A DNA stretch of 64,000 bases, from NCBI GenBank assembly GCA_020346225.1, contig CP070777.1, forward strand, positions 303,976 through 367,975, in the 5' to 3' direction. The notes beneath the pieces were generated by a model. That model was not told where the DNA came from and did no database searches. It worked only from the letters and a program-made list of their open reading frames with translations. This DNA comes from Candidatus Zixiibacteriota bacterium (GTDB taxonomy: Bacteria; Zixibacteria; MSB-5A5; GN15; FEB-12). A program made the translations under genes and the position numbers. Shown here piece after piece: positions 1 to 9,019 of this stretch (within the stretch, counting starts at the first letter, position 1; each line of letters opens with the position of its first letter).

Positions 1-2304
1 ACGCACCATTTTCTCACCCTCTGGCACGACTTCGTTCTGATGGCTTTGATCGTCGTGACCATTGCCCTGCTCGTTATTAACCACCATCGCCTGAAAAACC
101 AGCGGGCATTGCGGGAATCCGAGCTCAGATTCTATGCTCTTGCCGAGCGCTCCATGGTGGGTATCGCCGTCATACAGGATGACATCTACCGTTATGTCAA
201 TCCGCGGCTGACAGAGATGCTGGGTTACGAGGAAGAGGAGCTGGTTGACAAGAAGGGCCCGCTGGATGTTGTTTACCCGGACGACAGGGGGCTGGTATTG
301 GCGAAGCTGAATCGGCGAGTATCCGGCGTCGACGAGTTCTCCCAGTACGAAGCCCGGGTGATGACCAGAGAAGGCGAGGTGAGGACGGTCGAGGTCTATG
401 GGTCGCGAATGATCTACCACGGCCGGCCGGCTGTCGTGGGCACCCTTCTGGATGTCACCGAGCGAAAGAGAACACAGCTCGAGCTGCTCAAAGCTCACTC
501 TGACCTCAGCCAGATATTCAACTCTTCGGTGCCGTTATACGTTGTTGCCAAGGACTACACGGTGCTCAAGGTGAATAAGACCTTCTGCGCAGAAACCGGC
601 CGCCGGCAGGAAGATATCGTCGGCCGCAAGTGCTATGACGTCTGGCCGGATTCCGCCTGCCACACCGACGAGTGCCCCATGAGGCTCATCAGTGGCGGCC
701 TGCCGGAGACGAAATACGAGCGGGAGCACATTCATGCGGACGGACACCGGCTCTCGTTTACGGCTGTATCCTCGCCGTATAAGGGGCCTGACGGCACTAT
801 CGAAGGGATTATCGCCAGCTTCACCGATGTCAGCGAGCTCAAGGAGCGCGAAAGGCAAATCCGCGAAAGCGATGAGAAGGCGCGGGCCCAGTTCAAAGCG
901 ATTCCGGCGCCGACGTACATCTGGCAATTGGTCGGAGACGATTTCGTGTTTATCGATTATAACGATGAAGCGAGCAACATCACCGGCAACATGGCTCAGG
1001 AGCTGGTAGGGAAGGGACTGCGGGAGATTTTTCCGGATCGCGACGACTGGCTGCAGGCCATGCTCCGATGCGTGAGAGAAAAGACAACCGTCAGGTCTGA
1101 CAAACCCATGCGCTATCTGTACCGGCGTACCGGGGAAGAGCGCTACCTCGCTGTCAGCTATGCCTATATCCCGCCGGACTCAGTTATGGTGATTACGGTA
1201 GATATAACCGCCCGCACGAAAGCCGAGCAGGCTCTGGCTGAAAGCGAGAAGAAATTTCGGTCCCTGGCGGAGACAACCGCGGCGGCTATCTTCATTTACC
1301 AGGACGGTCGCCTGGTATATACCAATCAGGCGACTCTTGACCTGGTCGGCTATTCCAGAGAAGAACTCCTGTCCTGCGACCCCATTGAGATCATTCGCCC
1401 CGACTTCAGAGTAGCCATCAAGGCCAGGGCGCGCAACCGTGCCGAGAGCCCCCGGGACAACCTTACCGAGAACCTGGAGATACCGCTGATCGCTAGGGAC
1501 GGCAGTGAGAAGTGGGTTATGTACACCGGATGCACTATTGAATACAGCGGGAGGCCCGCTGTCCTGGGAACCACCATTGATATTACCGAGCGCAAGAAGG
1601 CCGAAGCGCAGCTCCAGCTGGCTCACGCCGAGAGGTATACCCAGGTTAAGCAAATAGCCGGCGGTGTTGCCCACGAAATTTACAATGCCCTCTTTCCCGC
1701 CATGAGTTCTCTCGATAAGCTGAAGGAGAGATCCCGAGACGACCGGGGTGATGACGGTGGCCGGAACGGCCGGCTTGTGGAACTGGCCGAAGCCTCTGTC
1801 GAGAGGGCCATACAGATGACGGAACTGGTAACGCAGTTCTCGCGTCTTGATTCTCACAGTGAAATCGAATCGCTCAACCTTCGGTACCTGTTCGAGCAAA
1901 TCTTTCAGGAAAGTCCCCGAATCGATGAAATCGGGGCCAGAATCAATCTTGACGTTCCCGAGAATGCGGATATATCGATGAACCGCCTTCATGCTATTAG
2001 CCTCTTCACCAACATCATTAACAACGCCCTTGACGCGCTGGAGGACCGCAAGAGGCGGGCGGTTAATATTAAGGCCTTCAAGACGAACGGTGCCCTGACA
2101 ATCAGTATTTCCGACAGCGGTGCTGGCATCGCGCCTGAGATTATACCGGATATCTTTAATCCGTTTGTCAGCACCAAGCCCCGGAAAGGCACCGGGTTGG
2201 GGCTGGCCATATGCAAACGAATTGTTGATATATACGGCGGCGACATATCTGTGGAGTCGACCCTTGACAGAGGAACCACTTTTACTATATTAGTAAAATC
2301 ATAG
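1..2304 (+). CDS. Multi-PAS sensor histidine kinase (5' end probably cut by window edge)
   Basis: ORF 40..2304. The frame stays open back to nt 1 (THHFLTLWHDFVL then a hydrophobic segment). Four PAS-like modules each end in D(V/I)(T/S)E(R/L)K-type linkers. H-box GGVAHEIYNAL. HATPase motifs NNALDA, DSGAGI, GTGLGL. Confidence 0.85.
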   Translation, partial: THHFLTLWHDFVLMALIVVTIALLVINHHRLKNQRALRESELRFYALAERSMVGIAVIQDDIYRYVNPRLTEMLGYEEEELVDKKGPLDVVYPDDRGLVLAKLNRRVSGVDEFSQYEARVMTREGEVRTVEVYGSRMIYHGRPAVVGTLLDVTERKRTQLELLKAHSDLSQIFNSSVPLYVVAKDYTVLKVNKTFCAETGRRQEDIVGRKCYDVWPDSACHTDECPMRLISGGLPETKYEREHIHADGHRLSFTAVSSPYKGPDGTIEGIIASFTDVSELKERERQIRESDEKARAQFKAIPAPTYIWQLVGDDFVFIDYNDEASNITGNMAQELVGKGLREIFPDRDDWLQAMLRCVREKTTVRSDKPMRYLYRRTGEERYLAVSYAYIPPDSVMVITVDITARTKAEQALAESEKKFRSLAETTAAAIFIYQDGRLVYTNQATLDLVGYSREELLSCDPIEIIRPDFRVAIKARARNRAESPRDNLTENLEIPLIARDGSEKWVMYTGCTIEYSGRPAVLGTTIDITERKKAEAQLQLAHAERYTQVKQIAGGVAHEIYNALFPAMSSLDKLKERSRDDRGDDGGRNGRLVELAEASVERAIQMTELVTQFSRLDSHSEIESLNLRYLFEQIFQESPRIDEIGARINLDVPENADISMNRLHAISLFTNIINNALDALEDRKRRAVNIKAFKTNGALTISISDSGAGIAPEIIPDIFNPFVSTKPRKGTGLGLAICKRIVDIYGGDISVESTLDRGTTFTILVKS

Positions 2305-2337
2305 CAGATTAAGTCTTCTTTAAACCGTTAGGCGTCA

Positions 2338-3690
2338 GTGGACAGACGAAGCAAAATCCTGGTGGTTGATGATGACCCGCTCGTCCTGGAGGCTCTCAAC
2401 CAGACTTTTATGGACGACTATGAAGTGATGGCGGTCGCCTCGGGGAATGAGGCGATTGCCATAATCAGCTCCGACCACACTATCGAGACCATCGTCCTCG
2501 ATATCAAGATGGCCCAGCTGGACGGCCTTAAGACGGCATCCCGGCTCAAAGAAATCAATCCGGATATCCCCATTATTTTTCATACCGGTTATCCGGGGGA
2601 TTATTCCGAAGATGAAATCGAGAAAGGCCACCAGCCGTTCGACTACGTGGGCAAGAACGAACGACCGGCCCGCCTCAGACGTGCCGTCAGAAACGCCGTT
2701 AATTTCTACCGCCTCAAGGCCGGTTATACCGACCTGGCCAAGCTGGCCCGCGAAGAATTCGGGATGGTCGGTAAGTCCCGGGCTATGCTCGACGTTTATC
2801 GGACCATAGAGAAAATTGGGCCGACCGACAACAAGGTGATGATTCTCGGACCGACCGGATCGGGCAAAGAGTTGGTAGCACGCGCCATCCATAGGCGCAG
2901 CCAGCGAGCTCGCAAGCAACTGGCCATATTCAACTGCAATCACAAGGCCCCCGATCTGGTTGAATCAGAACTGTTTGGACATCTCAAGGGCAGTTTCACC
3001 GGAGCCGTGGCGGACCGAATCGGTATGTTTGAATATGCCGACGGCGGCACCGTTTTTCTCGACGAAATCGGCGATCTGGATATTACCACCCAGGCCAAGA
3101 TCCTCCGCGTTCTGGAAACGGGCGAAATGCAGCGCATCGGCTCACCCGAAATCATAAGAGTCGATGTACGCTTGATTTGTGCCACCCACCATATCCTGCC
3201 CCAGCGTATTATCGAAAGACGGTTCCGCGAGGATCTGTACTACCGACTGAAAGGCGTTACCATCGCCCTGCCGCCGCTTCGCGAGCGGCGCGAGGATATT
3301 CCCGATCTCATCGATTTCTTCGCCAGACGCTACTGTATGAAGCTCGGGTGCGCCCTCAAAATATTCGAACCGGCCGCCCGCGATTATCTGATAGAGTATG
3401 ACTGGCCCGGCAATGTCCGCCAGCTCCTTGACACGGTTCAGTCCCTTATCGACCTGTCCCCGTCTTACTATGTGACCCGGAAAGAGGTAGCCAATTATCT
3501 CGTGCTGTCAGACAGCCCGGCCGAGGGGGATGGCACTTTCGCACAGCAGATCAGAGATTTTAAACGAACCCTTATCCTCAAAAGCCTCGACAGGAACAAA
3601 AAGAACATCAGCGCGGCGGCGCGAGAACTCTCCCTTGACCCTTCCAACCTTCGCAAAATAATCCGTGACCTGAAGATCACTTTAGGTTAA
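2338..3690 (+). CDS. Sigma54-dependent response regulator (NtrC family: REC + AAA+ + Fis-type HTH)
   Basis: GTG start. REC (ILVVDDDP ... VLDIKM). Walker A GPTGSGKE. GSFTGA loop (GAFTGA-type sigma54 contact). Walker B VFLDEIG. C-terminal HTH ISAAARELSLDPSNLRKII. Confidence 0.9.
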   Translation: MDRRSKILVVDDDPLVLEALNQTFMDDYEVMAVASGNEAIAIISSDHTIETIVLDIKMAQLDGLKTASRLKEINPDIPIIFHTGYPGDYSEDEIEKGHQPFDYVGKNERPARLRRAVRNAVNFYRLKAGYTDLAKLAREEFGMVGKSRAMLDVYRTIEKIGPTDNKVMILGPTGSGKELVARAIHRRSQRARKQLAIFNCNHKAPDLVESELFGHLKGSFTGAVADRIGMFEYADGGTVFLDEIGDLDITTQAKILRVLETGEMQRIGSPEIIRVDVRLICATHHILPQRIIERRFREDLYYRLKGVTIALPPLRERREDIPDLIDFFARRYCMKLGCALKIFEPAARDYLIEYDWPGNVRQLLDTVQSLIDLSPSYYVTRKEVANYLVLSDSPAEGDGTFAQQIRDFKRTLILKSLDRNKKNISAAARELSLDPSNLRKIIRDLKITLG

Positions 3691-4039
3691 ATCGACCCCC
3701 GGTTTGGAGGCGCAATTTGGTGAATCGTACCTGATCTCCTGCCGCCCCCCTTTTTTCATTTACAGATCACAACATAACAACGGCTTACAGTGCACAAAAA
3801 CGACCCGCACGGGCACGTTTTTTGATTGCTACATGCGATGGATAGGCCGAATAACAGCAGCTTTCAGGGTGCTGGAAGGTCCGGTCTACGGGATAGCAGA
3901 GGTCATAGAAAATAGTCAGCACCTTGTCGCATGGCGCTTGACCGGATTTGCAGGATTCCGACAATCGCCGGGGTTAGTCCAGGGAGACAGAGGGGAGACC
4001 TGAAGGGTCTGTCTTATATTGCTTATCTGCGATTAGATG

Positions 4040-4075
4040 CCCGATGGAGCGGTGCTCACTCCATCGGGTGTTTTA
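4040..4075 (+). terminator. Terminator-like hairpin in the regulator-hypA spacer
   Basis: CCCGATGGAG (4040-4049) pairs with CTCCATCGGG (4059-4068), 9-nt loop, followed by TGTTTTA. Confidence 0.45.
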
Positions 4076-4254
4076 CGATCTATCAGTTGTCCTGCGCCAC
4101 GTAAATCCTTTCTCGGCAACCACAGCCTTATAGTCTTGTCCGTGGCGTACTTCGTGTGAAAAAGCGACAAATTCCAAACTTGCATTGTCGTTTCGGCTGT
4201 ATTACGATAGCAGCAGAACGACTTAGCGCAGAATTGTCCGGTTGGTCCAAAAGC

Positions 4255-4602
4255 ATGCACGAACTGGCCATCGCAAACTCGATTGTTGACACCGTCCTCG
4301 ACGAGGCCGCCAGGCGTAACCTCAAAGCTATCACTGCGGTAGGCCTGCGGGTGGGAGATCTCACCGATATCGTCCCGGAGGCCCTGGAGTTCGGTTTCTC
4401 CGCCATAATCAGCAATACGCCGCTACAGGGCGTGCGGCTGGAAATCGAGCGGGTACCGCTGGGCGGAACCTGCCGGGCTTGCTCGGAGTCCTTCGACATC
4501 AAGGAAATGGTTTTTGCCTGCCCCCGGTGCGGCTCGGGCAAGATAAAGATTGACCGGGGGGAAGAGCTTGATATTGCTTACATTGAAGTGGGCGATGATT
4601 AG
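4255..4602 (+). CDS. hypA: Hydrogenase nickel insertion protein HypA
   Basis: Chosen ATG 4255 gives the canonical N-terminus MHELAIANSIV. Two CxxC pairs (CRAC ... CPRC). The upstream in-frame extension from 4156 looks non-coding. Confidence 0.9.
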   Translation: MHELAIANSIVDTVLDEAARRNLKAITAVGLRVGDLTDIVPEALEFGFSAIISNTPLQGVRLEIERVPLGGTCRACSESFDIKEMVFACPRCGSGKIKIDRGEELDIAYIEVGDD

Positions 4603-4631
4603 TCAGCCAACGCGACTCATGAGACAAGGCC

Positions 4632-5297
4632 ATGCCGGATAGAATACCCATAGAAAAAAAGGTCCTTTCAGAAAACGACCGCATTGCCGCCGGCATACGA
4701 GGCGAATTGAAGCGGCGGCGGATATTTGCCCTGAATCTGGTCAGTTCGCCCGGTTCCGGAAAGACCAGCCTGCTCGAGAAAACAGTCGCGGCCCTGCACA
4801 GTGAGTTGAGTATCGCCCTGGTGGTCGGCGACGTACAGACCGATAACGACGCGGTCCGGCTCATGCGGGCCGGAGCTCGTATGGTCCGGCCGATCATCAC
4901 CGGTGGCGCCTGTCATCTCGACGCGGCCATGGTCCGCGAGGCGATCGGTCAGCTCGATCTCGACGGTACCGAACTGCTGCTGATCGAAAACGTGGGGAAC
5001 CTCGTCTGTCCCTCAAGCTACGATCTCGGCGAGGACATGAAAGTGGTGGTGCTGTCCACCACCGAGGGGGATGACAAGCCGCTCAAGTATCCGGCTATGT
5101 TTCGGCGTTCATCGGTGATGATCGTCAACAAGATCGACCTGCTCGGGACCTCCGATTTCGATATTGCCACCATGAGAGACCACGCCCTCAAGATAAACGG
5201 CGATCTTACTGTCTTCGAGACTTCGTGTCGGACCGGTGCCGGCCTGGAGGCGTGGTTCGGCTGGTTGGTCGAAGAGGTACATCGGAAAAAGCGCTAA
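4632..5297 (+). CDS. hypB: Hydrogenase maturation GTPase HypB
   Basis: P-loop SPGSGKTSLLEKT, ENVGNLVCP, NKIDL G4 motif. No His-rich N-terminal tract. Confidence 0.9.
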   Translation: MPDRIPIEKKVLSENDRIAAGIRGELKRRRIFALNLVSSPGSGKTSLLEKTVAALHSELSIALVVGDVQTDNDAVRLMRAGARMVRPIITGGACHLDAAMVREAIGQLDLDGTELLLIENVGNLVCPSSYDLGEDMKVVVLSTTEGDDKPLKYPAMFRRSSVMIVNKIDLLGTSDFDIATMRDHALKINGDLTVFETSCRTGAGLEAWFGWLVEEVHRKKR

Positions 5298-5317
5298 CTG
5301 ATCTTTGCATATTACCT

Positions 5318-7693
5318 ATGTGGGAGCATACGTCATCAGGCGGCAAGCGGACGCTTCAGATTAAGAGGCGAAGGTTCCATGTGGACGGAGTCGTTCAGGG
5401 CGTCGGTTTTCGACCCTTCGTCTTCAAGCTGGCCTGCCAGCTGGGTCTGAGTGGTTTCGTCAACAATGATACCACCGGGGTGCTGGTCGAGGTGGAAGGT
5501 CCGCCAGGCGATGTCGAGAGCTTTACCCGGCGCCTGACCGGTGAGGCTCCGGTGCTGTCCCGTATCGTCAGAGTCGACACCAGCGATATAGACTGTCTCG
5601 GGGAAGCCGGCTTTTCCATCCTGCAAAGCCGGCGCCACCGGCGGGCGGCCACGCTGATTGCCCCCGATGTCGCCGTTTGTGAAGACTGCCTTGACGAGCT
5701 CTTTGACCCGAGCGACCGCCGCTTTCGCTATCCGTTCATCAACTGCACCACCTGCGGCCCCCGCTATACGATTGTGGAAAGCATTCCGTACGACCGCAGC
5801 CGCACCTCCATGAAAATCTTCCCCATGTGTGCCGCCTGCTCGGAAGAATACCACAACCCGCAAAGCCGGCGTTTTCATGCTCAGCCCAATGCCTGCCCGG
5901 TATGCGGCCCCGAACTGACCTTGCACAACGGTGTCAATAAGGTCGCATCGGACGACTGTGTCGCCGAGGCGGCCCGCCTGCTGCGCGGTGGAAGCATCGT
6001 AGCCATACGGGGACTGGGCGGGTTCCATCTGGCCGTGGATGCCCGTAGCGGGGATGCCATCGAAGAGTTGCGGCTTCGCAAAGGAAGGGCCCGGAAGCCG
6101 CTGGCCATCATGGTGCCCGACCTGGAAACGGCAAGATCGTTCTGTGATATCGACCCCGATGAAGAGGCGCTGCTCACCCACTACACGCGCCCCATTGTCC
6201 TCCTGCGTCGAAACGGTCGCTGCGGTCTCCCCGATAGCATCGCACCGCGCAATAATTATCTGGGAATTATGCTGCCGTATACGCCGCTTCACCATCTGCT
6301 GATGAGGAACAGCTTCGACGCCCTCATCATGACCAGCGGAAATTATTCCGAGGAGCCTATCGCTATAGATAACGAGGAGGCCGTTGAGCGCCTCGGAGAC
6401 ATCGCCGATTACTTTCTCTTCCACGACCGCAAAATCCTCCAGCGCTGCGACGATTCCATTGCCGTCAAGTCAGCCGGAACCTCCCAGATTATCCGCCGCG
6501 CCCGCGGCTATGTGCCCCGGCCCGTCTTTATTACGCACGAAACGGGGCGGACCATCCTGGCCTGTGGCGCCGAGCTCAAGAATACCGTCGCCATCTCGCG
6601 TGGTGATCAGGTTTTCCTGAGTCAGCATATCGGTGACCTCGATAATCCGGCCGCATTTGCCTTCTTCGAGAACTCATTGGAGCACCTAAGCCGGATTCTG
6701 GAAATAGAACCCGAAGTGATAGCATACGACATGCATCCGGAGTATCTCAGCACCAAATGGGCCCTGAATCAGGACCTGCCGAAAGCGAAAGTGGCAGTCC
6801 AGCATCACCACGCGCACCTGGCCTCGGTTATGGCCGACAACGGCGTGACCGAGCCGACCATCGGCATTATACTGGACGGCACCGGTTACGGTACCGACGG
6901 CACCATCTGGGGTGGCGAAGTGCTTATTGGCGATGCCTCCCGGTTCGAACGTCACGCCTGGCTCAAACCCCTTCCCATGCCGGGTGCAGCGGCAGCTATC
7001 AAAGAACCCTGGCGTATGGGCTTCAGCTACCTGTACAGTGTTTACGGTGACGATTTCGTGAAGCTGAAACTTCCGCTTTTGGAGAGAATCGACATCAACC
7101 AGTGCAGTATTCTGGCGGAAATGATAAAGAAGGATATCAACTGTCCGCTGACGTCCAGTTGCGGGCGGCTGTTCGATGCCGTCTCGGCGATCCTGGGCAT
7201 ACGGCAGAGCATCAATTTCGAGGCTCAGGCGGCCATCGAATTGGAGATGGTTGCCGGTTACGAGTATCCGAACATCGGGCGGCATACCGTCGACTCCGAA
7301 CTTGCGGGCGCTCTGGATACATCTCATCTGATTCGAGCTGTGGTCGAAGGTGTGATCGCCGGTAAATCGGTGGCCGACTTGGCGGCGCAGTTTCATGTGA
7401 TGCTCGCGGAGATGTTCATCACGGTCGCTCTGGCCGCACGAGAAAAGATGGGGATCAATCGTGTAGCCCTGAGCGGAGGTGTCTACCAGAATCGCTATTT
7501 CAGCGGGTACCTTGTGCGCCGAATGGACGCCGAGGGACTCGAAGCCCTGACTCACCAGCAAGTGCCGACCAACGACGGCGGCATAGCCCTGGGACAGATA
7601 GTCGTCGCCGACGCTCAACTTCGCGCCGGTGCTCTGAAGATTGAGAAAGGAAAGAAGCTCCGTGTGTCTGGCGATTCCCGGAAAAGTAATTGA
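5318..7693 (+). CDS. hypF: Carbamoyltransferase HypF
   Basis: Acylphosphatase-like N-terminus (VQGVGFRPFVF). Two zinc-finger pairs (CEDC..CTTCGP and CAAC..CPVCGP). YrdC-like and Kae1-like C-terminal regions. ATG 5318 chosen because the ORF-track start at 5225 overlaps hypB. Confidence 0.9.
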   Translation: MWEHTSSGGKRTLQIKRRRFHVDGVVQGVGFRPFVFKLACQLGLSGFVNNDTTGVLVEVEGPPGDVESFTRRLTGEAPVLSRIVRVDTSDIDCLGEAGFSILQSRRHRRAATLIAPDVAVCEDCLDELFDPSDRRFRYPFINCTTCGPRYTIVESIPYDRSRTSMKIFPMCAACSEEYHNPQSRRFHAQPNACPVCGPELTLHNGVNKVASDDCVAEAARLLRGGSIVAIRGLGGFHLAVDARSGDAIEELRLRKGRARKPLAIMVPDLETARSFCDIDPDEEALLTHYTRPIVLLRRNGRCGLPDSIAPRNNYLGIMLPYTPLHHLLMRNSFDALIMTSGNYSEEPIAIDNEEAVERLGDIADYFLFHDRKILQRCDDSIAVKSAGTSQIIRRARGYVPRPVFITHETGRTILACGAELKNTVAISRGDQVFLSQHIGDLDNPAAFAFFENSLEHLSRILEIEPEVIAYDMHPEYLSTKWALNQDLPKAKVAVQHHHAHLASVMADNGVTEPTIGIILDGTGYGTDGTIWGGEVLIGDASRFERHAWLKPLPMPGAAAAIKEPWRMGFSYLYSVYGDDFVKLKLPLLERIDINQCSILAEMIKKDINCPLTSSCGRLFDAVSAILGIRQSINFEAQAAIELEMVAGYEYPNIGRHTVDSELAGALDTSHLIRAVVEGVIAGKSVADLAAQFHVMLAEMFITVALAAREKMGINRVALSGGVYQNRYFSGYLVRRMDAEGLEALTHQQVPTNDGGIALGQIVVADAQLRAGALKIEKGKKLRVSGDSRKSN

Positions 7694-7913
7694 AATAACC
7701 GAAGAGAACGGTCTTCCGATGGGGCGTATCGATTACTCCGGTACGGTAAATACCGCCTGCCTGGCCTATGTGCCCGAGGTTAAGATCGGCCAGTATGTTA
7801 TTGTTCACGCCGGGTTCGCCCTGAGCATCATCGACGAAGAGGAAGCGCGGAAAACGCTCGACCTGATGGGCGAGATGTTCCCGGGCGACTTGGGAGCGGG
7901 GGAAGAGAAGTGA
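7662..7913 (+). CDS. hypC: Hydrogenase maturation chaperone HypC/HupF
   Basis: GTG at 7662 yields the invariant N-terminus MCLAIPGKV. The ORF-track start at 7641 (TTG) would bury the essential Cys2. Confidence 0.9.
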   Translation: MCLAIPGKVIEITEENGLPMGRIDYSGTVNTACLAYVPEVKIGQYVIVHAGFALSIIDEEEARKTLDLMGEMFPGDLGAGEEK

Positions 7914-9016
7914 AGTATCTCGACGAATTCCGCGACTTACTTCGTGCCCGACGTTTGCTCGACGATATAAAAGAGACAACGTCCCGGCCGTGCGTCATCA
8001 TGGAAGTCTGCGGTGGGCAGACCCACGCCATCGTGAAGAACGGCATAGATCGATTGCTGCCCGATAAAATAGAATTGGTCCACGGCCCCGGTTGTCCCGT
8101 CTGCGTCACACCGCTGGAACTGATCGACAAAGCGCTCGCTATTGCCTCGCGCCCCGGCGTGATATTCACCTCGTTTGGTGATATGCTCCGTGTCCCCGGT
8201 TCAAAGAAGGATCTGTTCACGGTCAAATCCGAGGGCGGCGACGTACGCATGGTGTATTCGCCCCTCGATGCGCTCAGGATAGCGCGAGAGAATCCTGCTA
8301 AGCAGGTCGTCTTTTTCGGGGTCGGCTTCGAAACCACCGCGCCTCTTACCGCGATGGCCGTCTGGCAGGCGCATCAGCAGCAGATCGACAACTTCTCAAT
8401 GCTGGTGGCCCATGTTCTTGTTCCGCCCGCCATAACGGCGCTGCTGAATTCCCCCGAAAACCGCATTCAGGCTTTCCTTGCGGCTGGGCATGTATGTACG
8501 GTCATGGGCTGGGAGGAATACATCCCGATAGCAGAAAAGTACCGGGTGCCCATTGTTGTCACCGGGTTCGAGCCGATTGACATACTCGAAGGCATCCTTA
8601 TGGCTGTGAGGCAGCTCGAAGACGGTCGGGCCGAGGTCGAGAATCAGTACGCGCGGGTCGTCAAACGCGAGGGTAACCGCCCGGCGCAGGAGCTGATAGC
8701 CCGCGTGTTTCAGGTCACCGGCCGCAAGTGGCGGGGGATAGGCGAGTTTCCGCAGAGCGGCCTGGTGCTGCGCCCGGAATTCGAAGCGCACGATGCTGAA
8801 AAGATATTCGAAATAGGCCAGATGAGGGTAGAAGAATCGCCCGAGTGCATCAGCGGTCTTATCCTGCAGGGTCTGAAAAAACCTCATGAATGCGGACAGT
8901 TTGGCTCTCGATGCACTCCTCAAAATCCGCTGGGGGCCACCATGGTGTCATCTGAGGGCGCCTGTGCCGCTTACTACGCTTATCATCGACACCGCACCGA
9001 CCACGTGGAGAACTGA
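7910..9016 (+). CDS. hypD: Hydrogenase maturation protein HypD
   Basis: GPGCPVCV motif. GTG start overlaps the hypC stop in a GTGA junction. Confidence 0.92.
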   Translation: MKYLDEFRDLLRARRLLDDIKETTSRPCVIMEVCGGQTHAIVKNGIDRLLPDKIELVHGPGCPVCVTPLELIDKALAIASRPGVIFTSFGDMLRVPGSKKDLFTVKSEGGDVRMVYSPLDALRIARENPAKQVVFFGVGFETTAPLTAMAVWQAHQQQIDNFSMLVAHVLVPPAITALLNSPENRIQAFLAAGHVCTVMGWEEYIPIAEKYRVPIVVTGFEPIDILEGILMAVRQLEDGRAEVENQYARVVKREGNRPAQELIARVFQVTGRKWRGIGEFPQSGLVLRPEFEAHDAEKIFEIGQMRVEESPECISGLILQGLKKPHECGQFGSRCTPQNPLGATMVSSEGACAAYYAYHRHRTDHVEN

Positions 9017-9019
9017 GAC

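Noticed and set aside
3874-3884. GGAAGGTCCGG resembling the RNase P RNA P4 motif GGAAAGUCCGG
   Set aside because: It is an imperfect match. None of the other universally conserved RNase P elements, nor a plausible P1 pairing, are visible in the surrounding ~350 nt.
3704-4003. 99-aa ORF in the regulator-hypA spacer
   Set aside because: The composition is odd (Cys/Trp/Arg scattered, no hydrophobic periodicity), there is no SD, and the third-position bias is unlike that of the neighbouring genes. Treated as non-coding.
4142-4158. Sigma54 promoter candidate TGGCGT-N5-GTGTG upstream of hypA, with a second candidate TGGCAC-N5-CTTAC at about 62313-62330
   Set aside because: Both have a good -24 TGGC element but lack the near-invariant -12 GC dinucleotide at the correct spacing. 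Not reported as features.
5336-6424. 362-aa ORF antisense to hypF, with similar cases antisense to the ABC genes (16643..17698), bamA (28014..28931) and the OMP (60320..61189)
   Set aside because: All lie within genes carrying strong family signatures on the other strand. None has a plausible SD or domain signature.
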